Below, one piece after another: positions 1 through 9,052 of a DNA stretch of 26,795 nt. This stretch comes from an uncultured Ruminococcus sp. Its GTDB lineage: Bacteria; Bacillota; Clostridia; Oscillospirales; Acutalibacteraceae. The translations under genes and the position numbers were made by a program. Every line of letters begins with the position of its first letter. Position 1 is the first letter of the stretch. The stretch spans positions 1 to 26,795 of the forward strand of contig CACZPV010000079.1 in the NCBI GenBank assembly GCA_902783065.1, written 5' to 3'. Under the pieces are notes generated by a model. The model ran no database searches. It saw nothing but the letters and a program-made list of their open reading frames with translations, and was not told where the DNA came from.

Positions 1-1
1 A

Positions 2-2266
2 GATGATATATTAGGTACACTGGCAAAAAAATGTACCGATCAGGGATACGAATGTATGATTGCTACAGGAGATCGTGATAGTCTGCAGCTTGTTTCTCCA
101 ACTGTTACAGTGAGAATTGCCGCAACAAAATTCGGCAAACCTGAGGTTACTTTATATGATGAAGCTAAAATTATGGAAGTGTATGGTGTTAAACCAAAAC
201 AGCTTATTGATATAAAAGCTATTCAGGGAGATACTTCTGATTGTATTCCCGGTGTTCCGGGAATTGGTGAAAAAGGTGCAAAAGACTTGATTACACGTTT
301 CTGTAGTCTTGATAATATATATCAGAATATAGAAACAATTGATGTTAAGCCTGGTATCAGGAATAAACTGACTGCCGGTAAAGACAGTGCTTATATGAGC
401 TATATGTTAGGTACTATCAATACCGAAGCCCCGATTGATACAAATATTGAAAGCTATGTTCCAATTCCTTGTGATAAAGCTAAGGCCGCAGGAATAATGG
501 CAAAATATGAATTGTTTTCTTTAATGAAAAAATGGGGACTTGATGGGGATGATATTGCTGATTATTCTGTCGGAGAAAAAACTATAAAAGACGACAGAAT
601 ACTGGAAGTGATATCAGATAAGCCTCTTTCTGAACTTTATGATCAGCTGAAAGGTAAAACAGTTGATTTTCTTGCTGAAATTAATGAAAATGGTTTGTCC
701 TCAATGACAATATGTGATGGAACAAGGGTTTATAGTGCTGATGCATTTACCACAGATTTTCAGGTGTTTTCAGAAAATTTTCTTAAAGACGGAGATATTA
801 AAAAAAGAACTCATAACAGCAAACCTGTTTTTGCATTTGCAGATCGTTCCGGATTTACATTTGAAGGACTTATTTTTGATACCATGCTTGCAGCATATCT
901 TCTTAATCCTAATGCTTCTGACTATGATCTGGAAAAATTATTTGTAAAATATACTGTTCAGCCGCTAAAAACTAACAGTGTAAGCGGCATGGAAAGCTTT
1001 ATTCCTCTTTGTGAAAGACTGACTTCTGAATTGGAGAAAAAACAGCAGATAGAACTGCTGACGGAAATAGAACTTCCATTTGCAGGAGTACTTGCTTCTA
1101 TGGAAAATATTGGCTTTGCCGTAGATAAAAAAGGAATTTATAATTACGGCGAAAGTATGAATGAGGATATCGAAAGACTGAGAAAAAGTATCTGTGATCA
1201 TGTGGGATATGAATTTAATATTAATTCTCCTAAACAACTTGGAGCGGCTTTGTTTGAGAAATTGATGCTTCCTTCTAAAAAGAAAACAAAAAGCGGTTAT
1301 TCTACCAATGCGGAAGTATTGGAGGAATTAAGAAATATTCATCCTGTAATAGGCGAAATTCTGGAATACAGAACGCTTACTAAATTAAAATCAACATATT
1401 GTGACGGATTGTTGAAAGTAATCGGTGCTGACGGCAGGATACATTCAAATTTTAATCAGACTGAAACACGAACAGGCCGGATCAGCTCTACAGAACCTAA
1501 TTTGCAGAATATTCCTGTAAGAACTGCAAGAGGTAAAGAACTCAGACGTTTCTTTACTGCGAAAGAAGGATATGTATTGGTAGATGCCGATTATTCACAG
1601 ATTGAATTGCGTGTACTTGCCCATATTTCCAATGATGAGCATATGATTGAGGCATTCAGAAATGAAAAAGATATCCATACGTCTACAGCAGCAAAGGTTT
1701 TTAATTTGCCGGAGGAAATGATTACTCCTGCACTTAGAAGCCGGGCAAAGGCAGTTAATTTTGGTATTGTATATGGTATTGGTTCATTTTCGTTGTCAAA
1801 GGATATTGGTGTTTCACGAAAAGAGGCAGATACTTATATAAAGGATTATCTGCGGCTTTACAGCGGAATTGATAATTATATGCAGAATACTGTGGAACAA
1901 GCGAAAAAAGACGGCTATGTTACGACTATGTTCGGCAGAAGAAGATATCTTCCGGAATTGGCTGAGTCTAATCATAATCGACGTGCTTTCGGAGAAAGAG
2001 TTGCCAGAAATATGCCAATACAGGGAACAGCAGCAGATATAATTAAAATTGCCATGATACGTGTTTTTAATCGTCTTAAGAAGGAAAATATGCGCTCAAG
2101 GCTGATTTTACAGGTACATGATGAATTAATAGTAGAGGCACCGGAGGATGAGGCAGAAAAAGCAGCAGTGCTGCTAAGTGAGGAAATGCAGAATGCCGTA
2201 CAATTGTCTGTACCATTGATTGCTGATGCAGGAATCGGAAAAACATGGTACGATGCAAAAGCATAA
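2..2266 (+). CDS. polA: DNA polymerase I (5' end lies upstream of the window)
   Basis: Frame is open from nt 2 (DDILGTLAK...TGDRD, 5'-3' exonuclease motifs; GDTSDCIPGVPGIGEK helix-hairpin-helix). Family A polymerase motifs present: TGRISSTEPNLQNIP, DADYSQIELR (motif A), RSRAKAVNFGIVYG (motif B), QVHDEL (motif C). Confidence 0.98.
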   Translation, partial: DDILGTLAKKCTDQGYECMIATGDRDSLQLVSPTVTVRIAATKFGKPEVTLYDEAKIMEVYGVKPKQLIDIKAIQGDTSDCIPGVPGIGEKGAKDLITRFCSLDNIYQNIETIDVKPGIRNKLTAGKDSAYMSYMLGTINTEAPIDTNIESYVPIPCDKAKAAGIMAKYELFSLMKKWGLDGDDIADYSVGEKTIKDDRILEVISDKPLSELYDQLKGKTVDFLAEINENGLSSMTICDGTRVYSADAFTTDFQVFSENFLKDGDIKKRTHNSKPVFAFADRSGFTFEGLIFDTMLAAYLLNPNASDYDLEKLFVKYTVQPLKTNSVSGMESFIPLCERLTSELEKKQQIELLTEIELPFAGVLASMENIGFAVDKKGIYNYGESMNEDIERLRKSICDHVGYEFNINSPKQLGAALFEKLMLPSKKKTKSGYSTNAEVLEELRNIHPVIGEILEYRTLTKLKSTYCDGLLKVIGADGRIHSNFNQTETRTGRISSTEPNLQNIPVRTARGKELRRFFTAKEGYVLVDADYSQIELRVLAHISNDEHMIEAFRNEKDIHTSTAAKVFNLPEEMITPALRSRAKAVNFGIVYGIGSFSLSKDIGVSRKEADTYIKDYLRLYSGIDNYMQNTVEQAKKDGYVTTMFGRRRYLPELAESNHNRRAFGERVARNMPIQGTAADIIKIAMIRVFNRLKKENMRSRLILQVHDELIVEAPEDEAEKAAVLLSEEMQNAVQLSVPLIADAGIGKTWYDAKA

Positions 2267-2383
2267 AAAATAGTTTTCTTGTTCAACCGGAACCGGCAGT
2301 GTTCTGCCGACTAAGTAGGAAGAATACATTGGTTGCTTTTCAATGGAACATATATTTTAAGAAAACATCAGGAGGTTATAAAA

Positions 2384-2821
2384 ATGCTGCATATATTGTT
2401 TATCTGTACAGGAAATACCTGCCGCAGTCCTATGGCAAAGGCTATATATGCAAAAAGATCCGAAGAACTGGGAATTGAAAGTATTTTCAGCAGCGCAGCA
2501 CTGGGATTTTGTGATGATACCTGTGTATCACCTAATGCCGTAACAGTATGTAATGAAATTAATATTGATATCAGTTTTCATAAACCCAGAATTATCAGGG
2601 AACATGATCTGCATGTAACTGATATTTATGTTGTTATGACACAAAGTCATGCAAATACACTGCGCTCTATAGGCGTACCGCAAAATAAGATTTATGTACT
2701 TGGCGGCGGTATTCCTGATCCTTATGGTTCGGATCTTGTTACCTACAGAAGATGCCGTAAAGCAATAGAAGAGTCAATTGAAGAATTTTGTCAGCTTTTA
2801 CTGAAAAGAAATCCGGTGTAA
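2384..2821 (+). CDS. Low-molecular-weight protein phosphatase, YwlE-like (probable protein-arginine phosphatase)
   Basis: P-loop CTGNTCRS and general-acid DPYG. The CTGNT form is typical of YwlE-type enzymes. Start placed at ATG 2384 behind GGAGG (2371-2375) rather than the ORF-track start 2333. Confidence 0.88.
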   Translation: MLHILFICTGNTCRSPMAKAIYAKRSEELGIESIFSSAALGFCDDTCVSPNAVTVCNEINIDISFHKPRIIREHDLHVTDIYVVMTQSHANTLRSIGVPQNKIYVLGGGIPDPYGSDLVTYRRCRKAIEESIEEFCQLLLKRNPV

Positions 2822-2825
2822 ATAT

Positions 2826-3272
2826 ATGGAAAATATCATTATAAAAAATATGAACAAAGATCATATCAGTATACTGGCTGAGTTGGAAAAAAGCTGTTTT
2901 ACGCAGCCGTGGAGCGAAAAAAGTCTTGCTGAGGAATTGAATAACAGAACGGCACATTTTCTGGTTGCAGAAAAAAAAACAGGTGAAATTATGGGATATA
3001 TAGGAGTTTTTGTTGTATGCGAAAGCTGCTATATATCGAATATCGCTGTTTTTCCGCAATACAGAAGGCAGGGTGTAGGAAAAACTCTGATTAATTCAGC
3101 ATCGGAAACAGCAAAAAAACTTGGCGCAGAATCAATATCACTTGAAGTGAGCCCGTCAAATACAGCAGCAATTATGCTATATAATATGTCGGGGTTTGAA
3201 GAAGTGGGATTAAGAAAGAATTTTTATCGGGATCCACAGGAGGACGGTCTGATCCTGACAAAGACATTCTGA
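2826..3272 (+). CDS. rimI: Ribosomal-protein-alanine N-acetyltransferase (GNAT)
   Basis: LEKSCFTQPWS N-terminus, ISNIAVFPQYRRQGVG acetyl-CoA motif, LEVSPSN, YNMSGF..VGLRKNFY; directly upstream of tsaD. Confidence 0.92.
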   Translation: MENIIIKNMNKDHISILAELEKSCFTQPWSEKSLAEELNNRTAHFLVAEKKTGEIMGYIGVFVVCESCYISNIAVFPQYRRQGVGKTLINSASETAKKLGAESISLEVSPSNTAAIMLYNMSGFEEVGLRKNFYRDPQEDGLILTKTF

Positions 3273-3349
3273 AAATTTTATATAATGAGATTTAATTTCC
3301 GGTGAAAGTCGGAATAAAGGACTTTGTACAGAAAGTTTGGAGGAATAGA

Positions 3350-4366
3350 ATGAGAATACTGGCAATAGAAAGTTCTTGTGATGAAACGGCGGCAGCTGTG
3401 ATAGAAAATGGCAGAAAAATCATCTCATCCGTGGTTGCAACACAGGTGGAAGAACATAAGCTTTATGGCGGTGTTGTACCTGAAATTGCTTCACGTAGGC
3501 ATTGTGAATCCATTAACGGTGTTATTAAGGAAACACTTGGACAGGCACAGATGAAACTGTGTGAATTAGATGCACTGGCGGTAACATATGCACCGGGGCT
3601 TATTGGTGCTTTGCTGGTAGGTGTGAATTTCGCAAAGGGACTTTCGCTGGCAAGCGGACTTCCGCTGATTCCCGTGCATCATCTGAGAGGACATATTGCA
3701 GCAAACTATCTTGCTCATGAGCAGCTGAAGCCGCCTTTTTTGTGTCTTGTTGTATCGGGCGGTCACAGTCATATTGTAGAAGTAAAAGATTATACACAGA
3801 TGAAAGTCATCGGTAAAACAAGGGACGATGCTGCCGGAGAAGCTTTCGATAAAGCTGCAAGAACTATGGGAATGTCTTATCCCGGCGGTATTCATCTTGA
3901 TAAGGCAGCACAGTCAGGAAATCCTGATTCTTTTAAACTGCCGAAACCTAAAGTCAGCGGAAACCCGTATGATTTTAGTTTTTCAGGATTGAAAACTGCC
4001 GTCATTAATCTGATTCATAACGCACAGCAGCGCGGAGAAACGCTTCCTGTCAACGATATTTCAGCTTCATTTCGTAAAACGGTTGTAGAAAGTCTTTTAA
4101 ACAATTTTACTGCAGCAGCAGAAGAATTGGGATATGATAAGCTTGTTTTGGCTGGAGGTGTATCGGCAAATTCTTTGCTACGGCAGAAAACGCAGGAGGA
4201 ATGTAAAAAACATGGATGGCAGTGTTTTTATCCTCCTCTGGAATTGTGCGGCGATAACGGAGCAATGATTGGTGCGCAGGCTTATTATGAGTTTTTGTCA
4301 GGAAACAACGCAGACATGAAACTTAATGCTGCTGCAACAATGGATATTGCCAATTTGACCTTTTAA
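3350..4366 (+). CDS. tsaD: tRNA N6-threonylcarbamoyladenosine transferase TsaD
   Basis: ILAIESSCDETAAA, GGVVPEIASRRH, HHLRGH metal motif, VVSGGHS, TRDDAAGEAFDK, FSFSGLKT, LCGDNGAMI. ATG 3350 follows GGAGG (3339-3343). Confidence 0.97.
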   Translation: MRILAIESSCDETAAAVIENGRKIISSVVATQVEEHKLYGGVVPEIASRRHCESINGVIKETLGQAQMKLCELDALAVTYAPGLIGALLVGVNFAKGLSLASGLPLIPVHHLRGHIAANYLAHEQLKPPFLCLVVSGGHSHIVEVKDYTQMKVIGKTRDDAAGEAFDKAARTMGMSYPGGIHLDKAAQSGNPDSFKLPKPKVSGNPYDFSFSGLKTAVINLIHNAQQRGETLPVNDISASFRKTVVESLLNNFTAAAEELGYDKLVLAGGVSANSLLRQKTQEECKKHGWQCFYPPLELCGDNGAMIGAQAYYEFLSGNNADMKLNAAATMDIANLTF

Positions 4367-4399
4367 GTGATATAATACGGTGGAAATCTTTGATTTGAG

Positions 4400-4460
4400 A
4401 AACTAATTTTGATAATCCCGTACAAAAGCGGATTTTTTTGTACGGGATGATTTAGTTTTC
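4400..4460 (+). terminator. Probable intrinsic terminator after tsaD
   Basis: Perfect 13-bp inverted repeat ATCCCGTACAAAA (4415-4427)/TTTTGTACGGGAT (4436-4448), extended by AAACTAA/TTAGTTT, with a T-rich tail. Confidence 0.7.
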
Positions 4461-4586
4461 TTTTACTGATGTAACAATTTTATTAAAAATGTCTTTTATA
4501 ACAGGAGTATGTATTGTGCTGAGCACTGTACTCCTGAAATTGCTGTTTAATATTAGAAAAATTTGAAATAGTAAAAGGAGTAGAAT

Positions 4587-5186
4587 ATGTTTTTTAAAAA
4601 AAAGGAAGCGTTGTCTTCAAGTGTGGAATATATTGTGGTTGGTCTTGGTAACAGCGGTACCAAATACGAAAATACAAGGCATAATGCCGGATTTATTGCT
4701 GCTGACTGTCTTGCAGATAAGCTTGATGTCAGAATTGACAGAATAAAATATAAATCACTGGTTACGACTTGTACAATATCAGATAAAAAGGTTCTTCTCA
4801 TGAAGCCATCAACCTATATGAATAATTCCGGACTTGCAGTAGTGGAAGCAATGAACTTCTATAAAATTAAACCGGAAAATGTAATTGTCATATATGACGA
4901 TATTTCTCTTGATGTGGGAAAAATCCGTATTCGCAGAAAGGGCAGCGATGGCGGACACAATGGAATTAAAAATATTATATACTTGTCAGGAAGTGATTTG
5001 TTTCCGAGAATTAAAATAGGTGTTGGTCATAAACCGGAAAAATGGGATCTTGCTGATTGGGTACTGTCACGTTTCAGTGAAGACGAACTAAAAACGCTTT
5101 CCGAAACAACTGATAAAGCCTGTGATGCTGTATCTTTAATGATAGGCGGTCAAATTGACAAGGCAATGAATCTCTATAATTCCTGA
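4587..5186 (+). CDS. pth: Peptidyl-tRNA hydrolase
   Basis: IVVGLGN, YENTRHNAGF, KPSTYMNNSG, YDDISLDVGKIRIR, GSDGGHNGIKNI, RIKIGVG. SD AAGGAG upstream; conserved pth-mfd order. Confidence 0.97.
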   Translation: MFFKKKEALSSSVEYIVVGLGNSGTKYENTRHNAGFIAADCLADKLDVRIDRIKYKSLVTTCTISDKKVLLMKPSTYMNNSGLAVVEAMNFYKIKPENVIVIYDDISLDVGKIRIRRKGSDGGHNGIKNIIYLSGSDLFPRIKIGVGHKPEKWDLADWVLSRFSEDELKTLSETTDKACDAVSLMIGGQIDKAMNLYNS

Positions 5187-5356
5187 GAAATAAATAAAAG
5201 TATGGTAACGGGTATTATATATTTTTGGGTTTAGATTTATACCTGAATCCGTGAAACCCGGTGTTGATGATCAAAAAGTATAGTCATAATGCGAAGGTTT
5301 ATTCATTATATTTTAATTCAGAAACAATACAGGATTATCAGCGAGAAAGGAAAAAT

Positions 5357-8300
5357 ATGAGGTTTTTAAGGGATGTACTGTTTGGTACAGAAGAATACAG
5401 AACGCTGGAAAGAGCTGTAGAAAGCGGAATAACACCTGCTATGGCTACGGGACTTTCAGCAATACATAAAGCACATCTGGTTTATTCTATGTGTGAAAGA
5501 CTGAAACGGCGTGCACTTGTGCTGGCATCTGATGAGGCTGAAGCTTCAAGACTTTGCGGGGATTTCCAGTCAATGGGAATTAAATCCGTTTATTATCCGT
5601 CAAGAGATTTTACGTTCCGTGAAATAGAAGGTGTTTCAAACGAATTTTCTCACCAGAGGATAGGTGCGCTGTTTGCTTATATGAACAGACAATGTGATAT
5701 TGTGGTTGCCTGTGCTGATGCAGCGCTTCAATATACGGTTCCTCCCGAAGTGTTGAAAAACAGTACGGCAAGTGTCAGTGAAGGAGATGAAATATCTCCT
5801 GAAAAACTGGCAAAGATTCTTGTTTCCTGTGGTTATGTCAGAGCAGAACAGGTTGAGGGCAGCGGACAGTTTTGTATAAGGGGAGGTATTCTGGACTTTT
5901 TTATGCCTTCGGCTGAAAAACCCTACCGTGTGGAATTTTGGGGTGATGAAATTGACACTATCAGCGAATTCGATATAGAAACGCAAAGGCGTACAGATAG
6001 AATTGATGGCTTTACACTTACTCCTTCGAGTGAAATGTTGTTTGACAGCGGTATGCAGCTTTCTGAAAAAATTCTTAAAAAAGCAGCTTCTGTCAGAGGT
6101 CCCTATGCAGCTAAAGCAAAAGAAATTCTGATAGAAGAAGCTGACAAGATACGCAGCGGTGTAAGGCTTACATCTGTTGATAAATATTATTCTTTCATAT
6201 ACGATAGTCCGGCATGTCTTTATGACTATTTTACGGAAAACGAAATTGTATTTGTTTCTGAGCAACCGGCTTTAAAAGATCGTATTCGTTCTATGCTGCT
6301 GAGATGGAGTGAGGATTTATCCGACTATAAAAAAGAAGGTGTATTAGTCAGAGGACTTGATAAATTTTCTTTTGAATGGGACGATCATCTTGATGCACTC
6401 CGTCAGAGAGATACTGTTTTTATTGATAATTTTACAAGAGGAAGCTGTGAGCTTCCATTGCGGGAACTGGTTAATTTTACGGCAAAACAATTATCTTTGT
6501 GGAGCGGCTCAATCAGTGTTCTTTGTGAAGATCTTGAAAATATTAAATTAACCAGCAAAACCATTGTTATTCTTTCGGGAACAAAGAAAAATGCTGATAC
6601 TGTCTATCAAGATCTTTTGAATAAAAATATCAGTGTCCGTCTTTTGTCAGAAAATGCACAGCTTGAAGGAGAAGGTGTTTATGTATCACCCGGTAGCCTG
6701 AGCGCAAGTTTTGAATATCCTCAGGCAGGCTTCAGTCTTATTGCCCATACACATGCTTCTTTTGCTCAGACATCAGAAAACCGAAAAAAGAAAAAACGTA
6801 AGAAAAAAGGAGCCGTTTTTAGTTTGGCAGAACTGACACCGGGTGATTATGTCGTTCATGCCAATCATGGAATTGGTTTGTTTCAGGGAGTTCAAAAAAA
6901 AGAAATTCACGGTATTGTCAAGGATTATATTATAATTAAATATGCCAGGGGTGACAGTCTGTTTGTACCTGTTACTCAGCTTGATATGATCTCCAAATAT
7001 ATCGGACCGAAAGAAGATTCTAATGTTAAGCTCAGCAAACTCGGCGGCACCGAATGGCAGAAGTCTAAATCAAGAGTCCGAAAAGCTGTTAAGGATATTG
7101 CCGATAAAATGATAAAAATGTATGCTGAACGGATGAAAGTGAAGGGTTATGCTTTTTCTTCTGATAATGAATGGCAGCATGACTTCGAAAATAAATTTGA
7201 GTATGAAGAAACAGATGATCAGATGCGCTGTATTGATGAAATCAAGGGGGATATGGAACGTCCTGTTCCTATGGACAGACTTTTGTGCGGAGATGTGGGA
7301 TTTGGAAAAACAGAGGTAGCGTTAAGGGCAGCTTTTAAATGTGTTACAGATGGAAAGCAGTGTGCATTGCTTTGTCCGACTACAATTCTGGCATGGCAGC
7401 ATTATCAGACAATACTCAGAAGATTTGAGGGATATCCCATTACCATAGAACTGTTGTCACGTTTTCGTAATGCTTCACAAAAGGCACAGATTATCAAAAA
7501 GCTTGAACGCGGTGATATTGATATAGTTGTAGGAACTCACAGTCTGATAAGAAAAGACCTTAAGTTCCGTGATATAGGTCTGGTAATTATTGATGAAGAA
7601 CAAAGATTCGGCGTGGAGCAAAAAGAAAACTTTAAGGCTTTATATAAAAATGTGGATATACTTACACTTTCTGCCACTCCGATTCCGAGAACTCTTAATA
7701 TGGCAATGTCGGGAATCCGTGATATGTCTACTCTGGAGGAAGCTCCTCAGGACAGGCACCCTGTACAATCATATGTGCTGGAATACGATGAAGCTGTACT
7801 GAATGAGGCAATTCGCAGAGAATTGAAACGAGGCGGACAGGTATTTTATTTGTATAACAGAGTTGATGGGATTGAATCCAAGGCTGCTGATATTTCAAAG
7901 GCAATTCCTGAAGCGAAGGTCGCTTTTGGTCATGGAAAAATGAATGAGGCAGAACTTTCAGAAGTATGGCGCAAAATGCTTGAACAGGAAATTAATGTCC
8001 TTGTAAGCACTACTATTATAGAAACAGGGGTTGATATTCCGAATGCAAATACACTGATTATCGAAAATTCTGACAGAATGGGACTTTCACAGCTGCATCA
8101 GCTGCGAGGACGTGTGGGACGTTCCAGCAGGAGAGCTTATGCCTATTTTACTTTTGAGCGGGATAAGGTTCTCAGAGAAATATCACAGAAACGACTGGAG
8201 GCAATCAGGGAATTTACAGAATTTGGTTCGGGTTTTAAGATTGCTATGCGTGATCTGGAAATCAGGGGAGCAGGAGATATGTTTGGTGCTATGCAGCACG

Positions 8301-8830
8301 GTCATATGACAGATGTGGGATATGATATGTATATGAAACTTCTCGGTCAGGCCGTCAGTGAAGCAAAAGGAGAAGCTCCAGATCCTGATGACAGTGACTG
8401 TGTAATAGATATACAGGCTGATGCCCACCTTCCGGAAAGCTATATCGGCAATCTTAGTCACCGTCTGGAAATGTACCGGCGAATTGCAGATATCCGTACA
8501 AAAGAGGATGCCGAAGATGTTGTGGACGAAATGATTGATCGTTTTGGTGATATGCCAAATGCAGCAGAGGGACTGATAAATATAGCTCTTGTCAGAAGTA
8601 AAGCAAAAAGACTTGGTATTAATGCTATCCGACAGCGTGATGATCATATGCTGATATATTTTAACGAAATTCGGTGCGAAGGTGCAGCAGATATGATGGA
8701 ACAACTTGGTAAGTCACGAAGAAGATCAAATCTTAATATGGCTGTAAAACCACATATTTCTGTGAGGATAGAACCTCATGAATCTGCTCAGGATGCGTTG
8801 AATGCAATATTTGATATTAAATTGAGATAG
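5357..8830 (+). CDS. mfd: Transcription-repair coupling factor
   Basis: UvrB-homology region (GQFCIRGGILDFF, RVEFWGDEIDTI), RID (GDYVVHANHGIG), SF2 motifs GDVGFGKT, DEEQRFG, SATPIPRT, QLRGRVGR, and TRG motif. ATG 5357 follows GAAAGG; ORF-track start 5261 is probably too long. Confidence 0.98.
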   Translation: MRFLRDVLFGTEEYRTLERAVESGITPAMATGLSAIHKAHLVYSMCERLKRRALVLASDEAEASRLCGDFQSMGIKSVYYPSRDFTFREIEGVSNEFSHQRIGALFAYMNRQCDIVVACADAALQYTVPPEVLKNSTASVSEGDEISPEKLAKILVSCGYVRAEQVEGSGQFCIRGGILDFFMPSAEKPYRVEFWGDEIDTISEFDIETQRRTDRIDGFTLTPSSEMLFDSGMQLSEKILKKAASVRGPYAAKAKEILIEEADKIRSGVRLTSVDKYYSFIYDSPACLYDYFTENEIVFVSEQPALKDRIRSMLLRWSEDLSDYKKEGVLVRGLDKFSFEWDDHLDALRQRDTVFIDNFTRGSCELPLRELVNFTAKQLSLWSGSISVLCEDLENIKLTSKTIVILSGTKKNADTVYQDLLNKNISVRLLSENAQLEGEGVYVSPGSLSASFEYPQAGFSLIAHTHASFAQTSENRKKKKRKKKGAVFSLAELTPGDYVVHANHGIGLFQGVQKKEIHGIVKDYIIIKYARGDSLFVPVTQLDMISKYIGPKEDSNVKLSKLGGTEWQKSKSRVRKAVKDIADKMIKMYAERMKVKGYAFSSDNEWQHDFENKFEYEETDDQMRCIDEIKGDMERPVPMDRLLCGDVGFGKTEVALRAAFKCVTDGKQCALLCPTTILAWQHYQTILRRFEGYPITIELLSRFRNASQKAQIIKKLERGDIDIVVGTHSLIRKDLKFRDIGLVIIDEEQRFGVEQKENFKALYKNVDILTLSATPIPRTLNMAMSGIRDMSTLEEAPQDRHPVQSYVLEYDEAVLNEAIRRELKRGGQVFYLYNRVDGIESKAADISKAIPEAKVAFGHGKMNEAELSEVWRKMLEQEINVLVSTTIIETGVDIPNANTLIIENSDRMGLSQLHQLRGRVGRSSRRAYAYFTFERDKVLREISQKRLEAIREFTEFGSGFKIAMRDLEIRGAGDMFGAMQHGHMTDVGYDMYMKLLGQAVSEAKGEAPDPDDSDCVIDIQADAHLPESYIGNLSHRLEMYRRIADIRTKEDAEDVVDEMIDRFGDMPNAAEGLINIALVRSKAKRLGINAIRQRDDHMLIYFNEIRCEGAADMMEQLGKSRRRSNLNMAVKPHISVRIEPHESAQDALNAIFDIKLR

Positions 8831-8843
8831 GAAAGTTTTTGTC

Positions 8844-8872
8844 TTTACTTGTCTTATTTTATCTGTTATAAT
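8844..8872 (+). promoter_or_regulatory. Sigma-A type promoter for the TPR gene (and possibly galE)
   Basis: TTTACT (8844-8849), 17-bp spacer, extended -10 TGnTATAAT (8864-8872). Confidence 0.65.
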
Positions 8873-8878
8873 ATAACT

Positions 8879-9052
8879 GAGGTAACACTGAATAAATTGC
8901 TTTTTTAAGCCTGAAGTAAGCTTAAATGGCTCTGAGTGGGGCTTCGCCCCGCATACTGAACGCAGATTAATGAATTAATATGCGTCTTATTAAGAAAAAA
9001 CGTGTGATTTGCACGATCAAAACAGTGTAAGGGAAAGGTAAAGAGGGATCAT
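8879..9052 (+). other. Long 5' leader with several hairpins (candidate structured RNA, family not recognised)
   Basis: About 175 nt between the promoter and ATG 9053, with four local hairpins and a possible closing helix ACACTG (8885-8890)/CAGTGT (9023-9028). Confidence 0.3.

Noticed and set aside
600-1080. Lack of 3'-5' exonuclease acidic motifs in PolA
   Set aside because: A vestigial proofreading domain is normal for Firmicutes PolA.
8879-9052. 6S RNA, T-box, c-di-AMP, c-di-GMP or other known riboswitch
   Set aside because: The diagnostic conserved sequence blocks I know for these families are absent; kept only as an unassigned structured leader.
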